Source: Candidatus Bathyarchaeia archaeon (GTDB taxonomy: Archaea; Thermoproteota; Bathyarchaeia; Bathyarchaeales; Bathycorpusculaceae). From it: a DNA stretch of 64,000 bases. The position numbers and the translations under genes were made by a program. The stretch is taken from contig JAVZNE010000002.1 in NCBI GenBank assembly GCA_038882975.1, positions 1 to 64,000 on the forward strand, written 5' to 3'. Position 1 is the stretch's first letter. Each line of letters starts with the position of its first letter. The notes below the pieces were generated by a model. It searched no databases, had not been told where the DNA came from, and saw nothing but the letters and a program-made list of their open reading frames with translations. Below are positions 46,635 to 56,762 of the stretch, piece by piece.

Positions 46635-47744
46635 ATGCGGAAAAGCCTTCTCGCCCTAATAATTTCCATTTTGCTATTAGCCTTATGTTTGACAGCTTAC
46701 CACGCGTGGCTTTCTCCAAACCGCAACGAAGGAACCATTGTGGTTACTGACGCCCTCGGCAGAACCGTCAAAATAAAAACGCCGATAAACAAGGTGATAA
46801 TAACCGGAAAAAGCGCATGGCCTATAATAACAGTGGCGTACATGTTTCCAAACGCCAAAAACGTTCTAATTAATTTAAGTGCAAGTATAAATGTCCCACT
46901 GTTCCAGAAAATCGACCCAAACATAAAATCCAAAACTGTTCAAACAACTGAGCTCAGTGCTGAGGCAATAGCTGGGGCAAAACCAGACGTTGTTATACTC
47001 AAGTCTACCATGACCATGAAGGAATTAGGCGACCAGCTTGAAGGGTTAGACATTAAAGTTGTCTATGTTGATTTTGAAAACTTGGAAAACTACATTCGAG
47101 ACTTAAAAGTGCTAGGAAAAATTTTCATGGACGAGAAAAGAGGCGAAAAATTAGCAAGATACTACAATGAAACATACAATTTCATTACATCAAGAACTAA
47201 AACGCTTGCAATCAATGAACGCGAAAAAGTTCTATTCCTATATTACAGTACCAAAGGCGGCATTATCACATTTAACGTGCCAGGCAGCGGTTGGCTGCAA
47301 ACATTCATGATAGAAGCCGCAGGAGGCTCCTCATTATCAAAGGAACTATCTGGAGCCGGATGGAACCCCGTGAATTTTGAGCAAATTGCAAAATGGAACC
47401 CGGACGTAATATTCCTTGTCACTTACTCAAAATCTCCGACGTCCAGCGACTTAAAAAGGCAACTTCTAGAAAACGCCACTTGGAGTAGCATATCTGCCGT
47501 TCAAAGCGGGAGGGTTTACGCTGTTCCAGACGACTGTAACGTTGGCGCTTTAGGAAGTTGGGATTGCCCAGGCTCGCGTTGGATCATCGGACTAGAATGG
47601 ATGGCAAAGAAAATAAACCCAGAACTTTTCAGCAGCGACTTAGACATTATAGCGGAAACTAGAAAGTTCTACATGGAAATGTATGGCCTAAGCCAGTCAG
47701 ACGCTGAAGCAATCATTAACCAAATTACTGGAGATTTTCCATAG
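46635..47744 (+). CDS. Type-II ABC transporter substrate-binding protein (FecB/BtuF fold)
   Basis: VTDALGRTV, AKPDVVI, EQIAKWNPDVI, AVQSGRVY. Confidence 0.88.
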   Translation: MRKSLLALIISILLLALCLTAYHAWLSPNRNEGTIVVTDALGRTVKIKTPINKVIITGKSAWPIITVAYMFPNAKNVLINLSASINVPLFQKIDPNIKSKTVQTTELSAEAIAGAKPDVVILKSTMTMKELGDQLEGLDIKVVYVDFENLENYIRDLKVLGKIFMDEKRGEKLARYYNETYNFITSRTKTLAINEREKVLFLYYSTKGGIITFNVPGSGWLQTFMIEAAGGSSLSKELSGAGWNPVNFEQIAKWNPDVIFLVTYSKSPTSSDLKRQLLENATWSSISAVQSGRVYAVPDDCNVGALGSWDCPGSRWIIGLEWMAKKINPELFSSDLDIIAETRKFYMEMYGLSQSDAEAIINQITGDFP

Positions 47745-47755
47745 TACCTCAAAGG

Positions 47756-48739
47756 GTGGCGTTAGTGGCCAAACATACCAGCCGATTTCTAGCGCTTGTA
47801 TGCATATTGACCCTCACATTTATAATTTCCATTTTATTTGTCGGTAGGTACACGTTTAATATTTTTCAACTCATGAATGACGAGTTAGCCTTAAACATAA
47901 TTCTGAAAATTCGGTTACCCCGTGTGCTGACGGCAATGATGCTTGGCATGGCTTTGTCCGTTGCCGGGGCGGCTATGCAATCTGCCTTTAAAAACCCCCT
48001 AGTAGGCCCAGAAATTTTGGGTGTAAGCCAAGGAGCAGCATTCGGCGCAGCATTGGCTATACTTTTTCTCCCCGGAGACCCTTTAAAAGTGGAGCTTCTT
48101 TCAACAGTCTTTGGTTTATCGGCGCTAGTGGCGTCTTACGCTATTTCTTCGGCGATAAGGTATGGTGGGAGAATACTTAGACTTGTATTAGCCGGTTTGG
48201 CGGTTTCAGCCATGTTTTCGGCTGGCGTAGGCGTCATGAAATATTTGGCAGACCCTCTTAAACAACTGCCCGAGTTAACTTTTTGGCTTTTAGGAGGCTT
48301 ATCCGGCGTTGTTTGGAGGGACTTCTTTTACATGGCTCCATTAGCAGCCGCAGCCATCGCAATACTATTCATTGTTAGATGGCGAATAAACCTATTAACA
48401 CTAGATGACGACGTAATCACATCACTTGGAACAGACCCCAAGAAACTTAGAGCGTTAGTTGTTGCTTTAGCAGTGATCGCCACGGCAGCAGTGACCTCCG
48501 TGGCCGGGATCATAGGATGGATTGGGTTAACAGTTCCCCATATCTGCAGAAAGCTTTTCGGAGCTGAAAGCAGCAAGGTTATACCTGCGTCTATACTGCT
48601 AGGCGCCATACTGATGATTATTTTCGACGATATTGCACGGGCGGTATCAGCTGGTGAAATTCCCCTAGGCATAGTCACGTCGTTCCTAGGCGCCATCTTA
48701 TTTGTGTTATTCCTTTCAAGAGGAGTGCCACATGAATAA
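47756..48739 (+). CDS. FecCD/BtuC-family permease
   Basis: IRLPRV, NPLVGPEILGVSQGA, GIIGWIGL..PH, GEIPLG. Confidence 0.9.
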   Translation: MALVAKHTSRFLALVCILTLTFIISILFVGRYTFNIFQLMNDELALNIILKIRLPRVLTAMMLGMALSVAGAAMQSAFKNPLVGPEILGVSQGAAFGAALAILFLPGDPLKVELLSTVFGLSALVASYAISSAIRYGGRILRLVLAGLAVSAMFSAGVGVMKYLADPLKQLPELTFWLLGGLSGVVWRDFFYMAPLAAAAIAILFIVRWRINLLTLDDDVITSLGTDPKKLRALVVALAVIATAAVTSVAGIIGWIGLTVPHICRKLFGAESSKVIPASILLGAILMIIFDDIARAVSAGEIPLGIVTSFLGAILFVLFLSRGVPHE

Positions 48740-49526
48740 AATAGTCCTCAATAATCTAAGGTACCGGTACCCTATTTCTAAAACAAACGTGCTAAGGGGA
48801 GTAAACCTACAAATTCCAGAAGGCAAAGTCACGGCTTTACTGGGGCCAAACGGGTCGGGAAAATCCACACTTTTCAAAGTTTTGCTTAAAGTTTTAAGCC
48901 CATACGAAGGCGATGTATACGTAAACGGTGAAGATTTAAAACACATTAATGTTGATGCCTTAAGCAGAACGATAGCCTGGGTCCCCCAGGAGGAGGATGC
49001 GCTGTTTCCATACACAGTTTTAGACTATGTACTTTTGGGTAGAACACCCCATCTTGGCTTCTTTGATATGCCAAGCAAAAAAGACAAGGAAATTGCATAC
49101 AACGTTTTAACACGGCTAAACTTGTCCAATATAACCCATAGAAATGTTCCAACATTAAGTGGTGGCGAAAAGAAACTTGTTTCTATAGCTAGAGCACTTG
49201 TCCAAGAGTCGGATACTCTCGTCTTAGACGAGCCCACAGCACACTTAGACATTGGAAACAAGGTGAAAGTATTGAACATAATTAGAAAGATGGCTGACTC
49301 TGGAAAAACAGTTATATTCTCAACACATGACCCCAACGAAGCCTTCCTAGTTGCCGATAAAGTAGCCATAATAAACAATGGCGAGATTGTGAGTGAAGGC
49401 CCACCAGCTGCAGCCATGACGGAAGAGTTGTTGGAAAAAGTTTATGGCGTACCAGTTACTGTGCAGAGAGTGAATGATAAGCAGGTTTTGATGGGCATTG
49501 ACCCCGAAAGTTTTAGATCCACTTAA
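48732..49526 (+). CDS. ABC ATPase (FecE/BtuD-like)
   Basis: GPNGSGKS, LSGGE, LDEPT, THD. Confidence 0.9.
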   Translation: MNKIVLNNLRYRYPISKTNVLRGVNLQIPEGKVTALLGPNGSGKSTLFKVLLKVLSPYEGDVYVNGEDLKHINVDALSRTIAWVPQEEDALFPYTVLDYVLLGRTPHLGFFDMPSKKDKEIAYNVLTRLNLSNITHRNVPTLSGGEKKLVSIARALVQESDTLVLDEPTAHLDIGNKVKVLNIIRKMADSGKTVIFSTHDPNEAFLVADKVAIINNGEIVSEGPPAAAMTEELLEKVYGVPVTVQRVNDKQVLMGIDPESFRST

Positions 49527-50283
49527 TCAAAAGTTCAATTTCCTCCGCTTGACCGATATCATTTAGGGAGGAGACCATACCGACCAAAACCTTTCTTATA
49601 AACAGGCTGGGAAAAGATTTTAAAGGTACAATCTTCCCGTTAACCTTTAAAACTACATCCTTCTTGCCATAAAGTGGACATGCCTTCAAATTTGCGGTTC
49701 CAGCGATTATAGCCTTTGCAAGCTCATGACATGAATTGTACCCACATTCCCCGCAATGCGCAAAGCTGGGAAAAAATGGAAGAGCCTTTTGCACAACTAT
49801 GTCGGCAAGCCTCCTCGACTCTAGCTTGCAATTAAGTACGGGAACACCGAGCACTGAAGCCTTTTCCACTTCTTCTTTAGATTCAGTTATAACTCCTGAA
49901 ATTGCAATGGCTAAACCATCACAGAATGCTCGTGCTTCAGCAGCATTTTTCGCTGCAACTATTTTTGCCACAGTTTTCTCGCTTTCAAAACCCTCTAAAA
50001 GGAGATAATCAAATCCCGGAAAGAAGCCGTTTATCTCTCCTAAGCTAAGTTTCCTTTTAATGAAAAGTACCGTCTCATTTACAGCAGACCCCGCTACGAT
50101 TTCAGCACCAGCCTCTCCATGCATCCACGTTTCCTTTCCAGGTGTGTCAATCCACTTAACATTTGGCATTTCCTTCACAGACCCAACTTTATAGCCTCTG
50201 CCCTTAAGCTCGCGGGTTAAATATTGAATAACTGTGGTTTTTCCGGAGTGTTTGCCTCCAACAACAGCCACAATCTTTACCAT
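49513..50283 (-). CDS. mobB: MobB with C-terminal Fe-S domain
   Basis: GGKHSGKTT, DTPGKET, LEGF; CGECGYNSC..C. Confidence 0.85.
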   Translation of the reverse strand: MVKIVAVVGGKHSGKTTVIQYLTRELKGRGYKVGSVKEMPNVKWIDTPGKETWMHGEAGAEIVAGSAVNETVLFIKRKLSLGEINGFFPGFDYLLLEGFESEKTVAKIVAAKNAAEARAFCDGLAIAISGVITESKEEVEKASVLGVPVLNCKLESRRLADIVVQKALPFFPSFAHCGECGYNSCHELAKAIIAGTANLKACPLYGKKDVVLKVNGKIVPLKSFPSLFIRKVLVGMVSSLNDIGQAEEIELLIKWI

Positions 50284-50357
50284 CGAAGACCACGAGAAAA
50301 GCATACACACAAACTATATAAATACATTTAACTTCTCTCGCTTTGGCGTGTTTATAC

Positions 50358-51632
50358 ATGAAAAGAACAGCCCAAAAAAGGACGCTCAAACTGACTTCCT
50401 ATCCAAAGGCTTTAGAAAAGCTCTTTGAAACCTTCCAAAAACCAATAAGCTACGAAACTGTCTCAATAGAAGAGTCGATGGGCCGTGTTTTGGCCGAAGA
50501 CATAGTGGCAGATGCTGATATCCCCCAAACCGACATCGCAACAGTTGATGGATACGCACTCAAACATGAAGATGTAACTGAGGCTTCGATAACACACCCC
50601 GTTTTTTTAAAGATTGTTGGAAAACTCTATCCATGGAACAACTCATCCGATGCTAAACTAGCAAATGGGCAAGCAGTCTACGTTACATGCGGAGCACCAA
50701 TACCGGAAGGAGCTGACTCAGTGATAATGGTTGAAAAAACAATTCTGCACGACGGCAAAATCGAGGTACGAAACCCTGTAAAAAAGGGAGAAAACGTAGC
50801 CCATGCTGGAGAAGACATCAAAAAAGGAAATCTAATTCTCAAAAAAGGAAACGTTCTAAGGCCGCAAGACATAGGAGTTTTGGCAGGCTTAGGAATCAAA
50901 CAAGTTAAAGTATTCAGAAAGCCACGAGTGGCAATTATCGCAACTGGAAACGAACTTATTGAACTGAGCCAAAAAGACCCAACGAGGATTGTTGACAATT
51001 ACGCCCTCATAATTTCAGGTTTAATTTTAAATATGGGAGGGGAACCTGTAAGGCTCGGTATAGCACCCGACGATCTTCAGGAGACCAAAGATAAAATCAG
51101 CGAAGCTCTTGAAAATGTGGACATAGTGGTAACCATAGGAGGCTGTTCCGTGGGCGAGAAAGATTTTGTTCCAGACGCAATTAACTCCCTCAGCCAACCT
51201 GGAGTGCTAATCCACGGAATAAAAGTGAAACCCGGAAAAGTAACAGGATTTGGAATAGTTAAAGGAAAACCAGTTGTAATGCTTCCCGGGCTGTTTGCAT
51301 CCACCATGGCTGGCTTTTACCTGATTCTCGCACCGCTAATCGCTTCATATGCAGGCTTAGAGAGGAAGCAAATGTTTCCAATAATTACAGCTAAAATGAG
51401 CCAGAATTTAGATTCCGACGGTAAGCCTCATTATAGGTTTTTGCCTGTTCGCATTCGACAGCAGAAGGGAAAATTTTACGCACAAATAGTCTCTGGAGGC
51501 CCGAACAGTTTAAACAGATTTCTGAACTCTAACGGTTTCATATTGATTCCTCCGAAAAAAAGTTTAAGGAAGGATGAGGAAGTAAATGTTGCATTGTTCA
51601 GCAAAGAAGAATTCCACATGTTCTTCAATTAA
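50358..51632 (+). CDS. moeA: Molybdopterin molybdotransferase
   Basis: GRVLAED, VDGYA, TGNEL, GGCSVG..D, KPGK, LPG. Confidence 0.92.
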   Translation: MKRTAQKRTLKLTSYPKALEKLFETFQKPISYETVSIEESMGRVLAEDIVADADIPQTDIATVDGYALKHEDVTEASITHPVFLKIVGKLYPWNNSSDAKLANGQAVYVTCGAPIPEGADSVIMVEKTILHDGKIEVRNPVKKGENVAHAGEDIKKGNLILKKGNVLRPQDIGVLAGLGIKQVKVFRKPRVAIIATGNELIELSQKDPTRIVDNYALIISGLILNMGGEPVRLGIAPDDLQETKDKISEALENVDIVVTIGGCSVGEKDFVPDAINSLSQPGVLIHGIKVKPGKVTGFGIVKGKPVVMLPGLFASTMAGFYLILAPLIASYAGLERKQMFPIITAKMSQNLDSDGKPHYRFLPVRIRQQKGKFYAQIVSGGPNSLNRFLNSNGFILIPPKKSLRKDEEVNVALFSKEEFHMFFN

Positions 51633-51648
51633 AAAGGAAGTGAAAAAC

Positions 51649-52200
51649 ATGATTGTAATGGCCGTTGTTGGAGTAAGCAAATCTGGCAAAACAACGACAA
51701 TAGAATACTTAGCATCGAGGCTTACAAAAGAGGGATACAAAGTAGGCTCAATAAAGCACATCCATCACCCAGACTTTTCAATAGACACCGAAGGCACAGA
51801 CACGTGGAGACACATGCATGCGGGAGCAAAAGTAACAGTTGCCCTCGCACCTAAAGAAACAACAATCATTAAAAAAACGGACCATATTCCAAATAACCTG
51901 GACAACATTATCAAACTACTTAAAGACGAAAATCTAGACATAATATTCATTGAAGGACTACATTCACTCACGGCCAAAAGGAAAGACATCCCAAAAATCA
52001 TAACAGCAAAAGATGATCAAGATCTCATGAAAACATTGGAAGGAACTGAACCAATACTAGCAGTAACAGGAGTTATAACCAGTAAGAAAACAAAAATAAG
52101 CAAAGTTAACGTGCCCATGATCGATTTAAATAGGGAAGGCGCCACACTACTGAGACTCGTTAAAAATAAGCTGAGCGTCAAAAAATTAAGCGAGACTTAA
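51649..52200 (+). CDS. mobB: Molybdopterin-guanine dinucleotide biosynthesis protein B
   Basis: GVSKSGKTT, IKHIHH, DTEGTDTWRH..AGA, IEG. Confidence 0.88.
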   Translation: MIVMAVVGVSKSGKTTTIEYLASRLTKEGYKVGSIKHIHHPDFSIDTEGTDTWRHMHAGAKVTVALAPKETTIIKKTDHIPNNLDNIIKLLKDENLDIIFIEGLHSLTAKRKDIPKIITAKDDQDLMKTLEGTEPILAVTGVITSKKTKISKVNVPMIDLNREGATLLRLVKNKLSVKKLSET

Positions 52201-52212
52201 AGAGGAAGTGTT

Positions 52213-53265
52213 TTGGTTAAAAAATGCGCAATAGTGCTTGCAGGAGGAAAAGCTGAAAGATTCCAAGTAAAGGATAGTCCATGGATAGATAAGGCATTGG
52301 CAAACGTTATCGGCAAACCGCTGCTTATACATGTAATTGAAAGGGTAAAGCCAGTAGTTGAAGAAATCATAATCTGCGTTAATAATGAAACGCGAAGACG
52401 CAAATACATGAGAGTGTTGCGAAACTTTCTAATAAAAAATGACTATGTAAAAATTGTGAAAGACTTTAAAATTCCATCTATCAGCGGCCCAGCTGTGGCA
52501 ATAGCCACTGGGCTGAGCGTTTCAAATGCTGACCACTGTATTATAGTGCCATGTGACACACCATTTATACAGCCAGCTGTGGTTGATTATCTTTTTAACG
52601 CTATTGGAGATGCAAGCATAGCCGTTCCAATACATGCGGATGGAAGTGCAGAGACACTAATGTTTACATGCGAAAGGGGAAAAATCGCTGAGATATCAGA
52701 AACGCTTTGTTGGCTTGGACGCGACAGACCGGACGACTTGCTAAGGGGATCGCCAAAAGTGAAATTTATCTCAACCAAAAGACTAAAAAATTTGGATCCA
52801 GAGTTCAAGAGTTTCATCAATATAAATTTCCAGAAGGACTTGGCTGAATTACGGACAAGAGTTACTCTGAATGGACCAATAAAAAGAAATGTGTGCATAA
52901 ATTTAGGTGCTCCAAAGAGCTTTGAGCTGAAAATGCTGAAAAAGGCTGCAGAAAAATACCTGCATAATAAATTTATTGAAGCAGTGAAAGTTTTTTCATC
53001 CCTATCCAACTTTTTTGAGGAAAGAAGATTATACTTTTGGGCGGGACTTTGTTGGGAAAAGGAAGGTAGCGCCATACAAACCCTAATAAAAAATCGAAGA
53101 GACATGGAGACCAAAAGCGAATGGCGAGAAAAAAGTAAACAAGCGTTTAGAAAAGCTGTGCAGAATTACGCCTTAGAAGCAGAAATTTTTACTCGAAAAC
53201 AAATCTATCTCTTAGCTAAACGTGCAAAAGAAGATGAGCTTTGGTGTAAACATCTATCTTCCTAG
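52213..53265 (+). CDS. mobA: Molybdenum cofactor guanylyltransferase with helical C-terminal extension
   Basis: LAGGKAERF..DKAL, GPAVAI..G, PCDTP, FININ. Confidence 0.85.
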   Translation: MVKKCAIVLAGGKAERFQVKDSPWIDKALANVIGKPLLIHVIERVKPVVEEIIICVNNETRRRKYMRVLRNFLIKNDYVKIVKDFKIPSISGPAVAIATGLSVSNADHCIIVPCDTPFIQPAVVDYLFNAIGDASIAVPIHADGSAETLMFTCERGKIAEISETLCWLGRDRPDDLLRGSPKVKFISTKRLKNLDPEFKSFININFQKDLAELRTRVTLNGPIKRNVCINLGAPKSFELKMLKKAAEKYLHNKFIEAVKVFSSLSNFFEERRLYFWAGLCWEKEGSAIQTLIKNRRDMETKSEWREKSKQAFRKAVQNYALEAEIFTRKQIYLLAKRAKEDELWCKHLSS

Positions 53266-53961
53266 GTAGGCTTCTTTCACTTTTGGGTTTTTTAAGAGCT
53301 CTTCAGGGGCTCCTTCTAAAACTATTCTTCCATTCTCAATCACATAAGCCCTCTTTGAAAGCTTTAAGGACGCCAGAACATTTTGCTCAACAAGCAGAAT
53401 GGCAACCTTTTCCACATCGTTTATCTTTTTTACAGTATCAAATATGGATGCGGCTAGTTTGGGCGCAATTCCAAGCGACGGCTCATCCAATAATAGTAGT
53501 TTTGGCCTCAGCATTAGCGCCCTTCCAATAGCTAGCATTTGCTGTTCTCCTCCGCTTAGAGTCCCAGCCAGCTGACTACGCCTTTCCTTAAGCCTTGGAA
53601 AGAGGTTAAAAACAATCTCAAAAGTTTCGTCTTTTTTCTTCCATGCTTGGGGCAGATATGCGCCCATTTTTAGATTCTCTTCCACTGTTAGGTTTGGAAA
53701 GAGTCTCCTGCCCTCCATGACGTGAGCTATGCCCAAAGCAGCTCTTTTGTGCGGTTTTAACGTAGATATATCCTTATCAAAAAATTTGATTCGCCCTTCT
53801 CTTGGATACAGCTGACCGCTTATGGTCCTTAACAATGTTGTCTTGCCGGCGCCGTTACTCCCAATAACCGCAACAAGTTCGCCCGTTGAAACATTTAGAC
53901 TTACATCCCTTAAAACTTGTAGATCCCCGTAAGCAGCGCTAACCTTCTCTACCTCAAGCAT
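53254..53961 (-). CDS. livF: Liv-type ABC ATPase
   Basis: GSNGAGKT, LSGGEQQM, LDEPSLG, EQN. Confidence 0.9.
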   Translation of the reverse strand: MLEVEKVSAAYGDLQVLRDVSLNVSTGELVAVIGSNGAGKTTLLRTISGQLYPREGRIKFFDKDISTLKPHKRAALGIAHVMEGRRLFPNLTVEENLKMGAYLPQAWKKKDETFEIVFNLFPRLKERRSQLAGTLSGGEQQMLAIGRALMLRPKLLLLDEPSLGIAPKLAASIFDTVKKINDVEKVAILLVEQNVLASLKLSKRAYVIENGRIVLEGAPEELLKNPKVKEAYLGR

Positions 53962-53970
53962 AACATCACC

Positions 53971-54690
53971 TCACGCGGAGTGGGGGCCTAAATATGCCTC
54001 TATTACTCTTATATCAGCTGCTATTTTTTCTGGTGGACCATCCGCTATAACCTTACCTTGATGTAGAACTATTATACGTTCCGCCAATGACATAACAACT
54101 CTCATCACATGCTCTGTTAACATTATCGTTAAGCCTTCCTTCCAAATCTTCTTAACAATGTCTATCATCTCGTCTGTTTCGGCAGGATTTAAGCCAGCGA
54201 AGGTTTCATCAAGCAATAAGATCCTTGGATTGGTTGCCAAGGCCCTTGCCAATTCACATCTTCTTCTAAAGTTGAAGTTTAATTTATTAACCGGCAGATC
54301 AGCGTACTCGTCCATCATCAAAAAGCGTAATATATCTTTTGCGCGTTCTTTCGCCTTTTCCAAGGAAAAATTTGCGCCTAAAGCACCAACGGTCACATTT
54401 TCAAGCAATGTCAAATTTAAGAACGGACGGGGAATCTGAAATGTTCGAGCGATTCCAGATTTGCATATTTTATGGCTAGGTAGACCAACAATATTTTTCC
54501 CATTAAATATTATTTTGCCAGATGTTGGCTTGTAAAAGCCTGTAATGCAATTGTATAGGGTTGTTTTGCCTGCGCCATTAGGGCCTATAAGACCGATGAT
54601 GCTTCCTTCTTCAACCTCAAAGTTAACGTCGTCTAGGGCGACTACCCCGCCAAAGCGTTTGGAAACTCCTTTTATTTCAAGGATTGACAT
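53971..54690 (-). CDS. livG: Liv-type ABC ATPase
   Basis: GPNGAGKT, IARTFQ, LDE..AGL, EH, EAYLG. Confidence 0.9.
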   Translation of the reverse strand: MSILEIKGVSKRFGGVVALDDVNFEVEEGSIIGLIGPNGAGKTTLYNCITGFYKPTSGKIIFNGKNIVGLPSHKICKSGIARTFQIPRPFLNLTLLENVTVGALGANFSLEKAKERAKDILRFLMMDEYADLPVNKLNFNFRRRCELARALATNPRILLLDETFAGLNPAETDEMIDIVKKIWKEGLTIMLTEHVMRVVMSLAERIIVLHQGKVIADGPPEKIAADIRVIEAYLGPHSA

Positions 54691-54702
54691 TCTAATGGCA
54701 CC

Positions 54703-55704
54703 TCATAGAGCTTTAAGAAAGCTTAACTTTGCCTTTAAAAGTCCCCATATACCTTTTCTTGCAAGAAAGAATATCAAAATAAAGACTGCCCCAAACACAA
54801 CAAGATCCATTCCAGCCCTAAATCCGAATGAAACTCGAAGATATTCTCCAACCCCTATTCTTATTACAGAACCAACTGCCGGGCCGATAATGGTCTGCGC
54901 CCCTCCAATAACAGTTATTAAAACTGGTTCAATCGAGGTAAACAATGAAAGCACTCCTCCAGGCTCCATAGACGGGTCTATATACGAAATATAAACTGCG
55001 TATAAAGCCCCTACAGTACCAGCAATAAAGCCACTCACCAACATTGCTAACATTTTTAGTCTAAAAGGGTTCACCCCTAACGTTGACGCAGCGTCTTCGT
55101 CTTCTCTAATCGATTGGAGTAGCAGCCCGTAACGAGATTTGGATATGTAACTAACAACGAAAAACGACACAAGTAGAAGGATGAAAGATATGTAATAATA
55201 AGGAAGCTTCTCGGCAAAATTTATTACAAAAAAGGGTGTAGACACGGATGCGGGACGGGGTATTGAGATCCCTAAAGCCCCTTGTGTGAACTCCGTATTC
55301 AACACTACAAGTCTTATAACCTCAGTAGATGCCAGAGTTGCCAAAGCGAAATATGGGCCCCTAACCCTAAAGCACACAGCACCTATCGCCAAACCTATCA
55401 ACGATCCAACAGCGCCGCCGAGGATTATACCTAACCATGGACTAGCTTCAAAGTAATCAACATAAAATGTTAACAGCCCAACGGTGTATGCTCCCATGCC
55501 AAAGAAGGCTGCGTGTCCCAAAGACGATTGGCCTGCAAAACCTGAAAGCAGGTTCCATGACTGGGCAAGTGTAGCGAATAGTAAGATTAGTATTAACATA
55601 TGCATAAGGTAAGTTTGATGTGCCACAAATATGGGGGCCGCCAAGGCGATTAATATCAGGATAATTATCGCGATGGTTTTTGAGTTTATCTTTGGGTACT
55701 TCAT
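54703..55704 (-). CDS. livM: Liv-type ABC permease
   Basis: WNLLSGFAGQSSLGHAAFFG, GPYFALAT, IREDEDAA. Confidence 0.88.
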   Translation of the reverse strand: MKYPKINSKTIAIIILILIALAAPIFVAHQTYLMHMLILILLFATLAQSWNLLSGFAGQSSLGHAAFFGMGAYTVGLLTFYVDYFEASPWLGIILGGAVGSLIGLAIGAVCFRVRGPYFALATLASTEVIRLVVLNTEFTQGALGISIPRPASVSTPFFVINFAEKLPYYYISFILLLVSFFVVSYISKSRYGLLLQSIREDEDAASTLGVNPFRLKMLAMLVSGFIAGTVGALYAVYISYIDPSMEPGGVLSLFTSIEPVLITVIGGAQTIIGPAVGSVIRIGVGEYLRVSFGFRAGMDLVVFGAVFILIFFLARKGIWGLLKAKLSFLKAL

Positions 55705-55708
55705 GAAA

Positions 55709-56590
55709 TCAACCCTTTGTGAACAACCCCTTTGGTCTAAATATTAGGATTAAAATGAAAAGGGCGAATCCAACAGCTGGAGTTAATGCGTATGGAACCC
55801 AGATTGTAGATACAGACTGCGCCACACCTATGATCATTCCTCCAAAAAAGGCTCCAAGAACATTTCCTAATCCTGCAAGAACACATATGATCAACGCGTA
55901 TAGCGTAAGCAATACACCAAGGTATGGATATATGTAGTAAATAAGGGAAAGGATAGCGCCTCCACAACCAGCCAATGCGATGCCAAGCCCGCCGCCTATT
56001 AACCTAATTCTTTCGGAGGATACTCCAAGGGATTCGGCAGCGTCTACATCTTGACTTACTGCTCTTATAGCAATACCCAGTTTGGTTTTTGACAGAAAAA
56101 GCTGTGTCGAAATTATTAATGCTAATGTTACTGCAAATGCAACTAAATATGCGCCACCAACAGATACCGGCCCCACTCGATAAGTCTCAAGCGAGATGCT
56201 AATGATCCTGTAGTCGCCACCCCATACAAGAAGCATAACATTTTCTACAAAGATGGATAAACCGAAAGTTAAGATTATTGACCCAAGCATTTCACCTATT
56301 AAATATTTGAATATGACTTTTGTTATAGCCATGCCACCAATAAAAAACAGGATAAACACTATCACAAAGGCTAATGCAAACGACACCATAGATGGAGGAA
56401 TGTTAAACCATATCTGGAAGTATTCGAAAAGGAAATAGGTTGTAAACATTCCCAATACGGCGAAGTCGCCGTGTGCCAAATTTTTTATGCCCATGACACC
56501 GAAAATTAAGCTCATTCCCATAGCTATAGTTGAATAGATTACACCGAGAATAAGACCATGTACGATCGTTGACGCCAGCAGATCTAGCAT
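55709..56590 (-). CDS. livH: Liv-type ABC permease
   Basis: GMSLIFGVM..NLAHG, TKLGIAIRAVSQD. Confidence 0.88.
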   Translation of the reverse strand: MLDLLASTIVHGLILGVIYSTIAMGMSLIFGVMGIKNLAHGDFAVLGMFTTYFLFEYFQIWFNIPPSMVSFALAFVIVFILFFIGGMAITKVIFKYLIGEMLGSIILTFGLSIFVENVMLLVWGGDYRIISISLETYRVGPVSVGGAYLVAFAVTLALIISTQLFLSKTKLGIAIRAVSQDVDAAESLGVSSERIRLIGGGLGIALAGCGGAILSLIYYIYPYLGVLLTLYALIICVLAGLGNVLGAFFGGMIIGVAQSVSTIWVPYALTPAVGFALFILILIFRPKGLFTKG

Positions 56591-56762
56591 TTGACCTCAC
56601 CGAGTTTCCTTGAGTTTAACGTAATTTTAGCGTATATATTCTAAACTTTCTATATAAAAGCTACGGTATTTTCCAATACTGCGTTAATTTAGGCGGAAAC
56701 ATCAGTTGAAGAAACACGAAAATTTTATAAGCTGTATTCTTTCACTTATTTCCGTGGTATAT

